64,000 nt of DNA from Rhina ancylostomus. Lineage: Eukaryota. The notes under the pieces were generated by a model. The model was given only the letters and a program-made list of their open reading frames with translations, had not been told where the DNA came from and searched no databases. The stretch lies in the NCBI GenBank assembly GCA_030265395.1, contig JARFYF010000074.1, positions 36,448,588 through 36,512,587 on the forward strand, written 5' to 3'. Positions 1-11,344 of the stretch are shown here, one piece after another. Made by a program: the position numbers and the translations under genes. Position 1 is the stretch's first letter; each line of letters begins with the position of its first letter.

Positions 1-906
1 TTACTGCTGGAGAAGCCAGCTGGATCAAGCATCAAGATATCTACCAGAGGAGCTCAGGAAGCATCGCGGTCCCCTCCACTGCAAGAGCGTTCAATGCAAC
101 TGGCCACCTCGGAACGGGCTGTTGTGCAACAGCTGATGGAGGAAACAGTTTCCAGATCATCTGCAAGGCTACGTAGGTGTCACCAGATGCAAGTTGTAGT
201 GCCACAGGATCTGCTTGACCTGAATATTCAGGCTCTATTCTTCGGGCTACAAGAGGCTAAGAATGCAATCAGTGAGGATATACAAGCTGCCATGGCTGAT
301 CTTGAAGCCCATATGCATGCTAATTTCACTGATGTGCATGGAGCTGAACCACTTAATGTGGCAAAGCTGCAAGCTATGAAGCAGTCTGGTACAATGGACA
401 TGCACGCAACTATGCTTGCAGACTTGCACAATGTTTTGCAGGCAGGGATGACAGACCATTTGACTGCCCTAAATGTTGGGCTCACAGACATCCAGAATGC
501 TCTTCAGGTGGACATGTCCAATATTTGGGTTACTATCCATATTGGCCTGAAACAGATAAATGCAAACCTGCAGCACATGTACACAGCAGTGCAAAAAAGT
601 TTGAGTCAAATTAGTGAGGATATTAGTTCCATGGTTAGCCTTGTAACTGAGGAGGTGTTAGAACAAGCTTACTGCTCCAGTCAGTTGATAGCAGAAACTA
701 ACTTGATATATTCGGAGATGGAAAGTAACCCAAGTCAAGATCCATTTTTCACAGGTAGTGACATTGAAGTTCCTATTTTAAGGAATCTTCCAGTTTCTAT
801 GGAAGATATATACATAGCCAGGCCCTCCACTAGCAGTGCCACAATCAGCATCAGACCAGTGGAGTTTGCCACATTTGCAGAGAAGCAGTACATGGCCAAA
901 ATGTGA
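1..906 (+). CDS. Uncharacterised ORF with 11-residue amphipathic/coiled-coil repeats, open at the window's 5' edge
   Basis: Frame is stop-free from position 1 to TGA at 904-906 (301 codons) in AT-rich DNA; repeats such as LQAGMTDHLTA/LNVGLTDIQNA/LQVDMSNIWVT/IHIGLKQINAN. Confidence 0.6.
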   Translation, partial: LLLEKPAGSSIKISTRGAQEASRSPPLQERSMQLATSERAVVQQLMEETVSRSSARLRRCHQMQVVVPQDLLDLNIQALFFGLQEAKNAISEDIQAAMADLEAHMHANFTDVHGAEPLNVAKLQAMKQSGTMDMHATMLADLHNVLQAGMTDHLTALNVGLTDIQNALQVDMSNIWVTIHIGLKQINANLQHMYTAVQKSLSQISEDISSMVSLVTEEVLEQAYCSSQLIAETNLIYSEMESNPSQDPFFTGSDIEVPILRNLPVSMEDIYIARPSTSSATISIRPVEFATFAEKQYMAKM

Positions 907-2234
907 TAAAAGAATTACATTTCTGGTTCGGCTTCCTTTAAAACTCTTGCCAGCATATTAAAATATACTTCTCACATTTTGCATTATCTTGTGCGGTGAT
1001 TTTATTGTGGTAAGGTTTTGTGTGAGTTCAGTGAAGGGGCACAAACTGAAAATGCAGTGTTCCATGGTGTCTATCCTTTACAACAACGTAAAAAGAACTC
1101 CAGTTTTAGTTGTGGGCCATTTTTACATCTGCACCTGTCCTGGACAATGGAGTGGTGTACTTATCCTTCATGGAACTGTTTTTTTTAAAGGGACACAATG
1201 GGATGTTTCAGAACAAGTAACTTTTATGGAAATATAACAGTAAATTGAAAACGTGAATTTGCCCACAACTGACCTAGGTAAATTTTCTGGAATCATCTTA
1301 ATTTGTATCATTTAGCAAGTTCTTGGTGAGATTCCTTCCTCCTCTGGGGGGCCCACCTCTGGTAGGGAAGTTAAATATGTTCATAGGTTGGTTCTCTGAG
1401 CTGTTTACAATTTTTTAAAAACTTACCTGCACAAATTAAAATTGTCCAATTCATTACTCCAGAATCAATTCCTCTCCTACATATGGGAGCCATTTGAAAT
1501 TTAAACTAGCATCAGATGCCAAAAATGTTTATAATGTCTCTCCATACGTTACCCTCAATATTTGTTTGAACACATACAATGGCTTACATCCTTTGACATA
1601 AATCTTAAGCACAGTTTCTGCCACAAGCCAACTAATGTGTCTCAGAACCTCTTAAGGTTAATGGGCTTAAGGGATTATCAATTTGACGATCCAGAATCTA
1701 ACAGTACACCTCATATAAGTTAATAGTACTTATCTGATAAACCTAAATCTCAAATACTGTACCCAATATTTTCTTGACTGGCAAATGCAGTTGGATGTGT
1801 ATTGCCTGTTCCTTTGTTTTCCCTGGCATGTGTGAAAATTGTCAGTGCTGTTCCAATATAGACCTGCAGAGTGGTCTGCTTTTGAGATCAGATGACATTT
1901 AGATCAGTTGAAATTGACAGTAAAGTTCCATGATAGCTCTGAAAATGGTGACAGGAAATGTTAACTGAAAAGCTTTTACATATTCTTTATGATCAGCTTA
2001 AATTATTAATGAAATGACACTTCCTAAAATTTACAACAATTTAGTGTGACTTAAAAAATGTGAATGGGGCAATGAAAACTAACCAAAGTGAAGAAAAGGA
2101 ATCATCTGTTAATGTTTTAAATTAATAATTGTCTCATGAATTTGGGAAAATTTATCCCACCCAGCTTCAAAGCAAATATAAACAATTCTATAACAAGAAA
2201 ACAGGGAGTGATAAGTAATGTCATCTCACTTTCC

Positions 2235-2366
2235 GGTTCTGCTGAAGGGCCCTTGACCTGAAACATGAAACTCTTTCTCTCCCCACAGATGCTGTCTGAC
2301 CTGCTGAGTGCCATCACCTTATTCAGTTTTTGTTTCAGGTTTCCGGCATCTGCTGTTTTTGGCTCC
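2235..2366 (+). mobile_element. Penelope-like element terminal repeat (pLTR tail) with degenerate hammerhead motif
   Basis: CTGCTGA-AGGGCCCTTGACCT-GAAAC followed by the recurrent CACAGATGCTG..TGACCTGCTGAGT..GCATCTGC tail seen throughout the window. Confidence 0.65.
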
Positions 2367-2499
2367 AAGTGGTAACTAATTGCCCTACTGCATTTTTCTT
2401 TTATTTCTAATTGTTCAAAAGCTTATTGCCTTGTTCATATTAATTGTGAATAATTCCACAAAGACCCAAAACTTTGCCAGAAAATTGCCTGGAATTGAG

Positions 2500-2930
2500 G
2501 GCTGTAGTTAAAGGAGAGATTGAATGGCCTGGGTTTATTCTCACTTGAATGTCGGAGGCCGAGGAACCTTACAGGGGTTAAAAAAATTATGTGGGACATA
2601 GATAGGATGGGCAGAGTCTTTGTCCCAGGGCAGGGGAGTCTAGAGCTAGAGGGCACAGGTTTAAAGTGAGAGGGGAGAAATATAAAGAAGATCTGAGAGG
2701 TAAGTTTTTCTCACAGTTTGGTGAATATCTGGAAGGGGCTGCCAATGGAGGTAGTGAAGGCAGGCACAATTACAGCATTTCAAAGGCATTAGGGCAGGTA
2801 TTTAGAAAGATGTGGGCCTAATGTGGGCAAGTGGGATTAGTGTAGGTAGGTATCACAGTCAGCGTGGATGAAGTAGGCTGAAAGGGCCTGTTTGCGTGCT
2901 GTATATTTCTATTTTATGATTTCTATGAAA
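2500..2930 (+). mobile_element. CR1 LINE 3' fragment
   Basis: Degenerate ORF2 C-terminus (..RGHRFKVRGEKYKEDLRGKFFSQ..) and TTCTATGA-type tail. Confidence 0.8.
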
Positions 2931-5022
2931 TGACCTTCACTTGAGTAATTTTTTATATGAAGTAAGTGAATGAGCTAATGAATTGTAATGTTCTGCCATT
3001 CCTGTTGATGTATATATCATATTTTGTTATGACACAGAAGGAGGCCATACAGCTCATCGAATTTAGCTGAGCTGTAGCAGAACAATCCATTTGTCCCAAT
3101 CCCTGTAAGCAACTCTCCCTTGTGTGTCCAACAGCCCCACCACCTGCCTACACCAGGGGCAAGTTATAATGGTGAAATAGGTCAGAATCAAACCTGGGTT
3201 GCTGGACCTGTGCCACCAATTAATGCCTGCTCTTGGGTGCAAAGGCAGTTGCAATCAGGTTCAAAATGGGACGGCAAAGATCAGTCCATTATTAGGCCCT
3301 GATTTTCATTAGTATCATCTGGAGGAACCATCTGCATCGTTACAGTTTCACAGGCAGCTTGTCAATATGAAGAAGATTAATCACGTGTCTATCTGTCTCA
3401 TTGGTAGCCATTTGATGTTAAGTCCTGGAAAAGAGGTGAGGGAGGAAATACTGTTGAATTGGGGGAATACTCACAGTCCTCAGCATCAACATGTTTTTCA
3501 CTTTTAAAGAAAACATTTGTATAGTCTTCCTTTTATTTGTTGTTGCTGCTTAGACCTCAGTGCTCAGAATCCTGCGTAAAGGAGTTGTGATGTAACTGGA
3601 CTCTGCAATTATCCAGTTTCTTGCAGGATTTGCAGCTCTCACTGATATGTGTATAGTCTGTTCCAGATGGCCAGCAGAGACTCCTGAAAATGTCCTCAAG
3701 TATTAGGTTAATTTTGCAGGCCTTTCTCAATTTGTTGATGAAGGACCTTTGTTTCACAAGCTCAACAAGGATTAATTTCTACCTGCACGTTCATAAATCC
3801 CAAAACAAAAGAACACTCAAATGCAATAATTTTGTTTTATATCCTGCACTAATGGTTTCTGAAATCTTAGTGACTGAGTCTATTCATGCAAAACTGAAGT
3901 AAGCCAAGTAACCAAAGCCATATTGACTGGTAACTATGTAGAATATGCTTGAGCACATTTGTGACAAAGGGGAAAGGAGCCTACATTTTGGCAGTACTTA
4001 TCATGTCCTAATAGCATTTCAAAGTACATTGTAGCCAATGAATTGATTGAAGTGCAGTCACCTGCAGTGGCTGGGAAATGACTTGCAGCAATGTTTCAGC
4101 AACACCAAAATGAGATAAATAGCCATTTTGTGTTTGTTTGAGTGATAAATGTCAGATAAAATCCAAATGTCTTTGAATCAGTGCAATGGAAACTTATAGA
4201 GTCATGTGAATAAACTGGGAGGACTTACATTTGGAATCATGTCAGAAATTCATCCTTGGGCACATGTCATGTGGTTTTCATTCCATAGATAAGTACATCC
4301 AGGTAGTACAAAAGTCCTGGAAAAGAGGTGAGGGAGGAAATGCAGAATGTAGTGCAAATGCTTTGAAATCTTCTTCAGAATTTCAGAAGATATTCACATT
4401 GGACTCCATGCTCCGATAATGCAGGTTTAGTACATCAACCAAGGATGAATTTCTTCATGTCCAGTAATGCAGCAGGACCTCAGTATGAACCATCAATCCT
4501 GAAGCTGAGCTCGCTCTCACACTTCTGTGATTGAGAAGCAGAACCCGAGCTGGAAGTCCCAGAAAAAATGGCGACATATTGTGTCATTCAATCTTCCATC
4601 CTCAGGAAGGTTGAATATCTATCAATGACTAAATATGAAACAAAATGAAAAAGTAATGAAAGGACCAACTCTTGTAGAATTCTTAAAAGTCACGTTATAT
4701 GCTGTCAGCCATTCTTTCTCAAAGATTAATATTATCTACCTGGAATTTAGTATACCAGCAGCTTACACCTGTAAGAGAGTTATACATAGTTAATGGGTTT
4801 CAGAAGCAGACTTTTGAACATGTTTATTGGAACTGCACTGATAATATTCCTGACAGAATGTGCATATCAACATTTTCTATCCAGTACTTGCCTCAATGAT
4901 TTAAATACATTATTTCTGTAATAATAATGGTAGAAAATATGGTAGGAAGAATAAGTTCTTGTACCAATAGTATATGAATATGTGAACCTTTTAAAAATCT
5001 TTTTATGTAAGCCATGTCCCAG

Positions 5023-5087
5023 GAAGTAATGCAGGAGAGGTTTCGATTAGATGACTACTATGAAGAGGATCATTTAATGGAACACAT
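5023..5087 (+). CDS. Putative internal exon of an unidentified + strand gene
   Basis: TCCCAG|GAA...CACAT|GTAAGT; EVMQERFRLDDYYEEDHLMEH(M); 65 nt, phase matches next exon. Confidence 0.45.
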
Positions 5088-6963
5088 GTAAGTAAAAAAT
5101 GCATATGGTTGCTTAAGTTACTTTGACAAATCACTCTATATAAAGATCAATGGGTAATTACAATTTTAACACATTTCTTGTTGAATGAGAACTGTTTTTT
5201 ACATGTGGGGAGGGGTAAGCAAGAATGTGCCTGAAGCCTGTTACATGTGTAAGCCTGTAAAATAAGGAATAAGAATGCTTTTAATACTGGTCACATACTT
5301 AACCACACATCGGGCATGTTGAAGCTTGTAATATCCTTTTGATTGAACAGAATTCTTTACAATGCACTGAGATAGGAACTTCACAGCTTTTGTCACATTG
5401 ATAATGAGAACATTGGCAGAAACAGAGATATTTACTTCACATCCTTAATTTGCCTGAGTAGCTGTTGGCAGACTTTTTTGTAGGTTCACTGTAATGGTGA
5501 AGATGAGTCTCATTGCTGATAGAAAGTGAGTTCAAGGGTTTTGACCCAACAATGATGAAGATAGAGTTTTACATGCCCAAGTCAAGATGCTGTGTGATTT
5601 AGAAGGGAACTTTCAGATGGAGCTATTCCCATGCACCTGCATGTTTTGTCCTTCTGGGTGGTAATAATCACAAGTTTGGGATGTGCTTGGTATGGTGCCT
5701 TGTCACATTCTTTGGGTATTTGTAGCCAGTTATTTTTTTTATGGAGGCACATTTTCAGGTAAGTAGACAAAGCACCTTAAAGTTGTCTATCATCTAGAAT
5801 GTAGTGTCACTGTACTCATCCTGGCAGGGAATGAGTATTTCTTCACTCTCCTGCTTTGTGCCAAATAGATGCATCAAGTATATCACAGATGGATGCAAGG
5901 GAGGTTCTGTGGTGACAGGGACTCACTACAGAATAAGAAAACCACCAATAAGAAAACCACCTATAAGAAAACCACTGTTTTCAGAAAAGATTCAGTGTGC
6001 TTTTCACACGCTTCAAAGATTTACAAAAAGCTTGCTCATTTAAGATGAAAAATGTTGCTAACTGCTTTACCATCAACAATTAAATCTTTTGCTTTGATAC
6101 TATCAAATCCTGAACTCCCTCACATTGAAAAGATGTCAGGTGGGATACCCTGCTTTCTTGTTTTTTTTGTAAGAAGGAATGAGAAATAAGTGCAGAGTAA
6201 TCATACAATTATGCCCCACACCAGAATACCCCACACTATAATAAGGAACAGAGCTTGCAGACATTGCAGTTTACAAAGAACATTGTCACTATATACTGCT
6301 ATCTAACTGCCACTAGCTGAAAGCTCATTTCTGGCCTGAACATGCATCCCACACTGTCAACTGTTCACAAGTATATCATGAAACATTATTTACTTTAAGT
6401 TGATTCATACATTCTTTCTCGCAAAACCAGCATTAGCAATGCCAGGAGCACAGCATTATTACTGAGCAGCCAGAATCCATAGAGACAAAATGGTTATTAA
6501 GGGTTCTCACATTCTACCTTGCTCACATACATTACCTATGCTGACAGGAAAGAATTTTATATTAACAATGTGTGGAAATATTTGTGATTGGAAACAGAGA
6601 CATGATAAATTCCACATGCAGTCAAAAACTTGCATCTTCCTACCTCCAATAACCTTGACATTTAGTGCTTTCTCCTCATGAAGCTTTCAACATGTTATTG
6701 AATTCCATGTAAGACGTTTCGTAGGTTGCAAGTAATGATATACAATTTGACTTTTCTGAGAATATTCTTCCACTTAGCTGCTGCAGCTTTCCTTGGGATC
6801 CTTCCTTCTCCATCGGTGCCAAATTGAGCCCTTAACTGAACATGACCTCCTGAATCAGTGCTTCAACATCCTACTCGGTGTTCAGTGACAACAATATATG
6901 TAGTTGTATTACATAGCCATTATTTAAATTCCTAATATGAATCACATTTTTGTTTAAATACAG

Positions 6964-7022
6964 GAGAAGTGAAGGCAGTGAATCCACCATCTCCACTACA
7001 GATAATTTTGTGTATTATGCAG
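6964..7022 (+). CDS. Putative internal exon of an unidentified + strand gene
   Basis: TTTTTGTTTAAATACAG|G...GCAG|GTATTC; RSEGSESTISTTDNFVYYA(G); 59 nt. Confidence 0.45.
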
Positions 7023-8240
7023 GTATTCTTCAAAAAAACTCAATAGTCCTGTTGTCTACTGGGGTTCCCAAATATATTGATTGAAGGAGAAAAACAGACA
7101 GTAGTTTATTCAAATTCTGTTTGGTTGACACAAGTGAAGTGCCTTTGCTTGTGAAGGAAACACTCTCTATAGCTGAGAATAGTCAATCAATCCTCCCTGA
7201 AGTCAAAGTTCTGAGAGGTGAACTGAGACACACTAGACAGGGGATAATGACTCTTCGACTTTCCATCTGTTCTGGTGAAAAATAAAACAAAATACTTGAA
7301 GCTTTCCTTTGCTGTCACAGCTAAATTGGAAATTGATGTTGCAGGAAATGATGGATGCAAATCTAAGGAGTACCACACTTGCACAATATCATCCTGAGAT
7401 ACCTGAGTGGTGTCATCAGAGTGACTATGTGAGTTGTTGAATTGCTGTGAAGCCAATTGGTTCACAAATATCCTTCTATGCCCGACTGGATTAAGGAACT
7501 TGGTTGTTCAGCCCTGGAAGGAAGTAAATATGAGATAAAAGATGCAGAAATCATTGTTATAGAATTCTACATAAATTTATGACATTATAACTTAGAAGTA
7601 TTGGTTCAAGTCAGCAAAAGCTAAATGTCAGGAAGAACTTTGTGTAAAGAGTGGTCTTTACATAAAGTGACTCGCTGAGCACATTAAAGCCAACAAAAAG
7701 CCCTAGAATTGTTGGACATTGTCATGGAGGGACGACAAAACCTGATTGATCTTCAGGTCAAGGTGCTTCAAATGACTCTTCTCATCCAAAACCACCTTGT
7801 GATTTCACTCCTTTTGTCCCTAATGCATGACCTGAAAAAGCTTGGCAATCAATTTTGAGTCATTGATCTTGAAGTCCTATCAGTTTATGATGTACATCAC
7901 AACCAAATTGATATATCATTATGAAAAACATTGATAATGATTCAGATTGGGAAACTTGTTAAAATACTGGACTAATTTTGCATATGCAGTCATTAAAGTC
8001 TCTATATTATATTGCCATAGATGCTTTCCTTATAACCATTCCAAGATTAATCTTTATCCCATTACATCAAGTAATCAATGTTTGGTAACAGAGTTATAGA
8101 ATATACAGAATTGCACAGAAACGGACCAGTCAGCTCTTAGGTCAAAACCATTAATACAAAAACAAAATATTGCTAGAACTCCAAATGAAACCTAAATATG
8201 CAAACAAAATGTAATGCTGGCAAAAGTAAAAGTGAGAAAA

Positions 8241-8870
8241 TACTCCAAAAGGAAAAGAGAATTTACCTTTTCAACATGCCTCAAAAGGCTCATTCAAAAC
8301 ATGCTGAAAAAAGTAATAACTGTAACTAATGGAGAACATATTTCATGCTTGAATTAACCATTGAATTAATGAGAGAAAAGGCTATTTTAGTTATTTTGCT
8401 TCCTGTTCACAATTAAACAAGAAAATTATAGTTCGGAATAAAGTGACTGACAGAGAAACATCTAGTCCAGACCTAAAATAAAAATCAGGTAGCATCTGTG
8501 GAGAAAGAAATGGCTAGTCTTTTAGAACANNNNNNNNNNGTCAGTTCTAACAAAAAGTCATTGCCCTGAAACATTGTTTCTCTCGGTCTCCCTCTCTCGC
8601 CACACATGCTCTTTGAACTGCTGAGTACTTCAAGCATTTTGTGACTTTTATTTTAGGTCTGGACAGTTGTTTCGCCCTATTAGCCATTTAATTCATGAAC
8701 CACTTGTTTGTTTGTGAGCAGGAAGCAAAATAAATAAAATGATCTTTTTCCCTCATTACTTCAATGGTTAATTCAAGCATGAAATAAATTCTCCATTAAT
8801 TATATTCATTATTTTTTCAGCACTTCTTGGGGCATGTGGAGAAGTTAAATCCTCTCTTCCTTTTGAAGTA
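8241..8870. repeat. Long imperfect inverted repeat (arms 8241-8487 and 8642-8870) around Penelope-like tail fragments
   Basis: 27-bp perfect reverse-complement match (8339-8365 vs 8760-8786) plus several other colinear matched blocks. Confidence 0.9.
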
Positions 8871-8939
8871 GCTTACCCCTATTGCTTATGTTTGCTTCGC
8901 AGGTTGCACACATTGTTCCAATTGCATACTTCTGGAATA

Positions 8940-9290
8940 GATGAAGAGGAATAGATAGAGTAGACAGTCAGCGCCACTTTCCCAGGGCACCAATGCTCAA
9001 TACAAGATGTCATGGCTTTAAAGTAATGGGTGGGAAGTTCAAGGGAGATATCAGAGTGAGGTTTTTCACCCAGAGAGTGGCTGGTGCGTGGAATGCGCTG
9101 CCTGGGGTAGTGGTGGAGGCAGGTACGTTGGTCAAGTTTAAGACATTGTTAAATAAGTATATGGAGGAATTTAAAATGGGGGGATATGTGGGAGGAAGGG
9201 GTTAGATAGTCTTAGGCGTGGTTTAAAGGATGGCACAACATGGTGGGCCGAAGGTCCTGTATTGTATTGTATTGTTCTATGGTTTTATGC
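8940..9290 (+). mobile_element. CR1 LINE 3' fragment, relatively young
   Basis: ORF 8993-9205 TRCHGFKVMGGKFKGDIRVRFFTQRVAGAWNALP, typical CR1 ORF2 end; ATTGT/TTCTATG tail. Confidence 0.88.
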
Positions 9291-9596
9291 ATACAACCGG
9301 TAATACCGCTCATTAAAGAAAATATCTTTCTATGTTACATTTGAAATTTTATGGAGTCCTGTTTATAAATTTGAAAATAAAATAAACCATACATAAGTAT
9401 TTAATATAACCCTGATATTTTAGGAGTACATTCTGCAGTACATTCATATTTTTTTAAACACTGAAATTTCTTTCATTGTTTATTTAGTTTAATAGATTTT
9501 TAAAATAAATGTTTGCACTTAGTCTGTGGAAGCATTTACTCAAACAGTTGAATGAATTTTCCTTGTTCCACACATTGTTATATGCGTTTTTCTTAG

Positions 9597-9670
9597 GTGG
9601 GCTAAGGTTCGAAAAGGGTAGGCAGCCAGACTACAAGAGTTCAGGGCTGAACCATACTGTAAATTTGTGA
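9597..9670 (+). CDS. Putative terminal coding exon of an unidentified + strand gene
   Basis: GTTTTTCTTAG|GT; GGLRFEKGRQPDYKSSGLNHTVNL*; AATAAA downstream at 10021-10026. Confidence 0.4.
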
Positions 9671-11344
9671 GCAGGAAGCTGTCCTTACAGTCTGAAAAAT
9701 GCCCTGCACTGCTGAATTTACTAGGTGCAAAAAAAGCAGATAGAGTTCAGTCACTGTCAAACAGCTTCTACTACAGTGCTCTGAATCTATTTATCTCTGA
9801 GAAGTTTACATGTGCTTTAATGCTGAACTCTTTTCTATTAAAACAGAGTTCGAAGAGGAAGGAGGTGAAATGCCTTACGTAATGGAAGATTCACTTGATG
9901 ATGAGTTCCTGGATGTTTTGTATATGAGAAAGCGAAGAGACAAATTTACTACAAAATCTGTATAATTATTAAGATAATACTGAGCAATGAAAAGCAGAAA
10001 AGCTAATTCTTAATAACAAAAATAAACTCAGCTGTATTCTTTCTCACACAGCTGCAAGACATTTATTAAACACAACCAATTTTTGCATATACCTTTTGCG
10101 CATGGATTGTTCCAGAATTAGCTTTCACTTGTTCTTAATGTTCTGGAAAATACTTCATCAATATAGCTTTTGCAAAATGCTTCCAATCATCTCTATTGTT
10201 ATTTGTTTCAAATCTAATAATTCAGACAACAATAAAACCTCTTTTGGTGGTAATTTAATCAACATGCATCTAACAATATTTTGAATGCCACTTGCTATTG
10301 GACAATCTTATTATAATTTCCTCCAGGAGATCAGCACAGATGCTGTTTTTCTGATCATAGCTTGTCTTAAGATATTTTGAGGTGTTATTTTTATGTCAAT
10401 GAAGTACAAGGAACAGTCTTACCTCAGTTCCTACAACTACCAAATGTTCCTCACACACATATATAGTGTGCTACTTTTAAAAGAACTCTGAGTCATTTTT
10501 AAAAAGCTCCACTAGAGGTCAGCATGTAACATAAGTATCAGTTCGAGCACTGTTAAGAAGCACAATGCGTCCTTGCTTTTCATCAGTTATGCAACGGGAA
10601 GTCAAGGTTATCCTGCATGTAATGTGACAACAACCATTCCCATGCTCTTCTGTGTCCCCTCAAAGATTAGACCAGGCAGTTCCAAGCACAAGTCACCCTT
10701 GTGCTGTGGATGTGATTTCATTGGGACACAGATAATGATATCATTCCCATGCACCAATCCATTGGGGGAAAGCTGGAGCTCTGTATCCAGAGGTTGGAGG
10801 GTACACTCCTGGGACAACAAATTATGGTCAGCATAATGCTGAACTAGGAGGTCTGCCAGCTTAGTGTATTATGTTCATCATTAAGCCCCCGCCCCCCATC
10901 TCCTCCACTATATATTGCCAAATCCTGCAACACCCCCTGATCTTTACCTTGGCTTTCCACAGGCCCACCCAGCCGCCAGCTCTACGATTAATCCCATTGA
11001 AAATTGCTGGTGTCCAATATCCCCCTTACCTCTCCCAACCTTATTGCCCAATTGTTGGTACATGAAATATGCCTCCACTTTCCAACATGTGATCCATCAC
11101 CTCAAATTGACTTATGTGGCAACTTATCACACCATGACAATGTCGAAGGGTACAGTGTGGAATAATCTGCCACTGGGAGGATTACAGTGTGTACAGTTTT
11201 ATCAAGGATGGGGTGAGACTCTCAATCCTCAAAATCCAGTCCGCCAAAAGATGTAAGGATCATTACAGTAAAATTCTGATAATCTGCTATCCCATTGTTC
11301 GAAAGTCCCAGTGGCTTGGCATTTGGTCTACCTGGATTTAGTTT

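Noticed and set aside
3980-4230. Possible old Deu-domain SINE remnant (also near 38190 and 46620-46740)
   Set aside because: Too degenerate to delimit or name with confidence without an alignment.
1-10100. Expectation that the convergent + strand gene is PPARGC1B, the mammalian PDE6A neighbour
   Set aside because: No RRM or PGC1-like C-terminal peptide was found, so synteny could not settle the paralogue.
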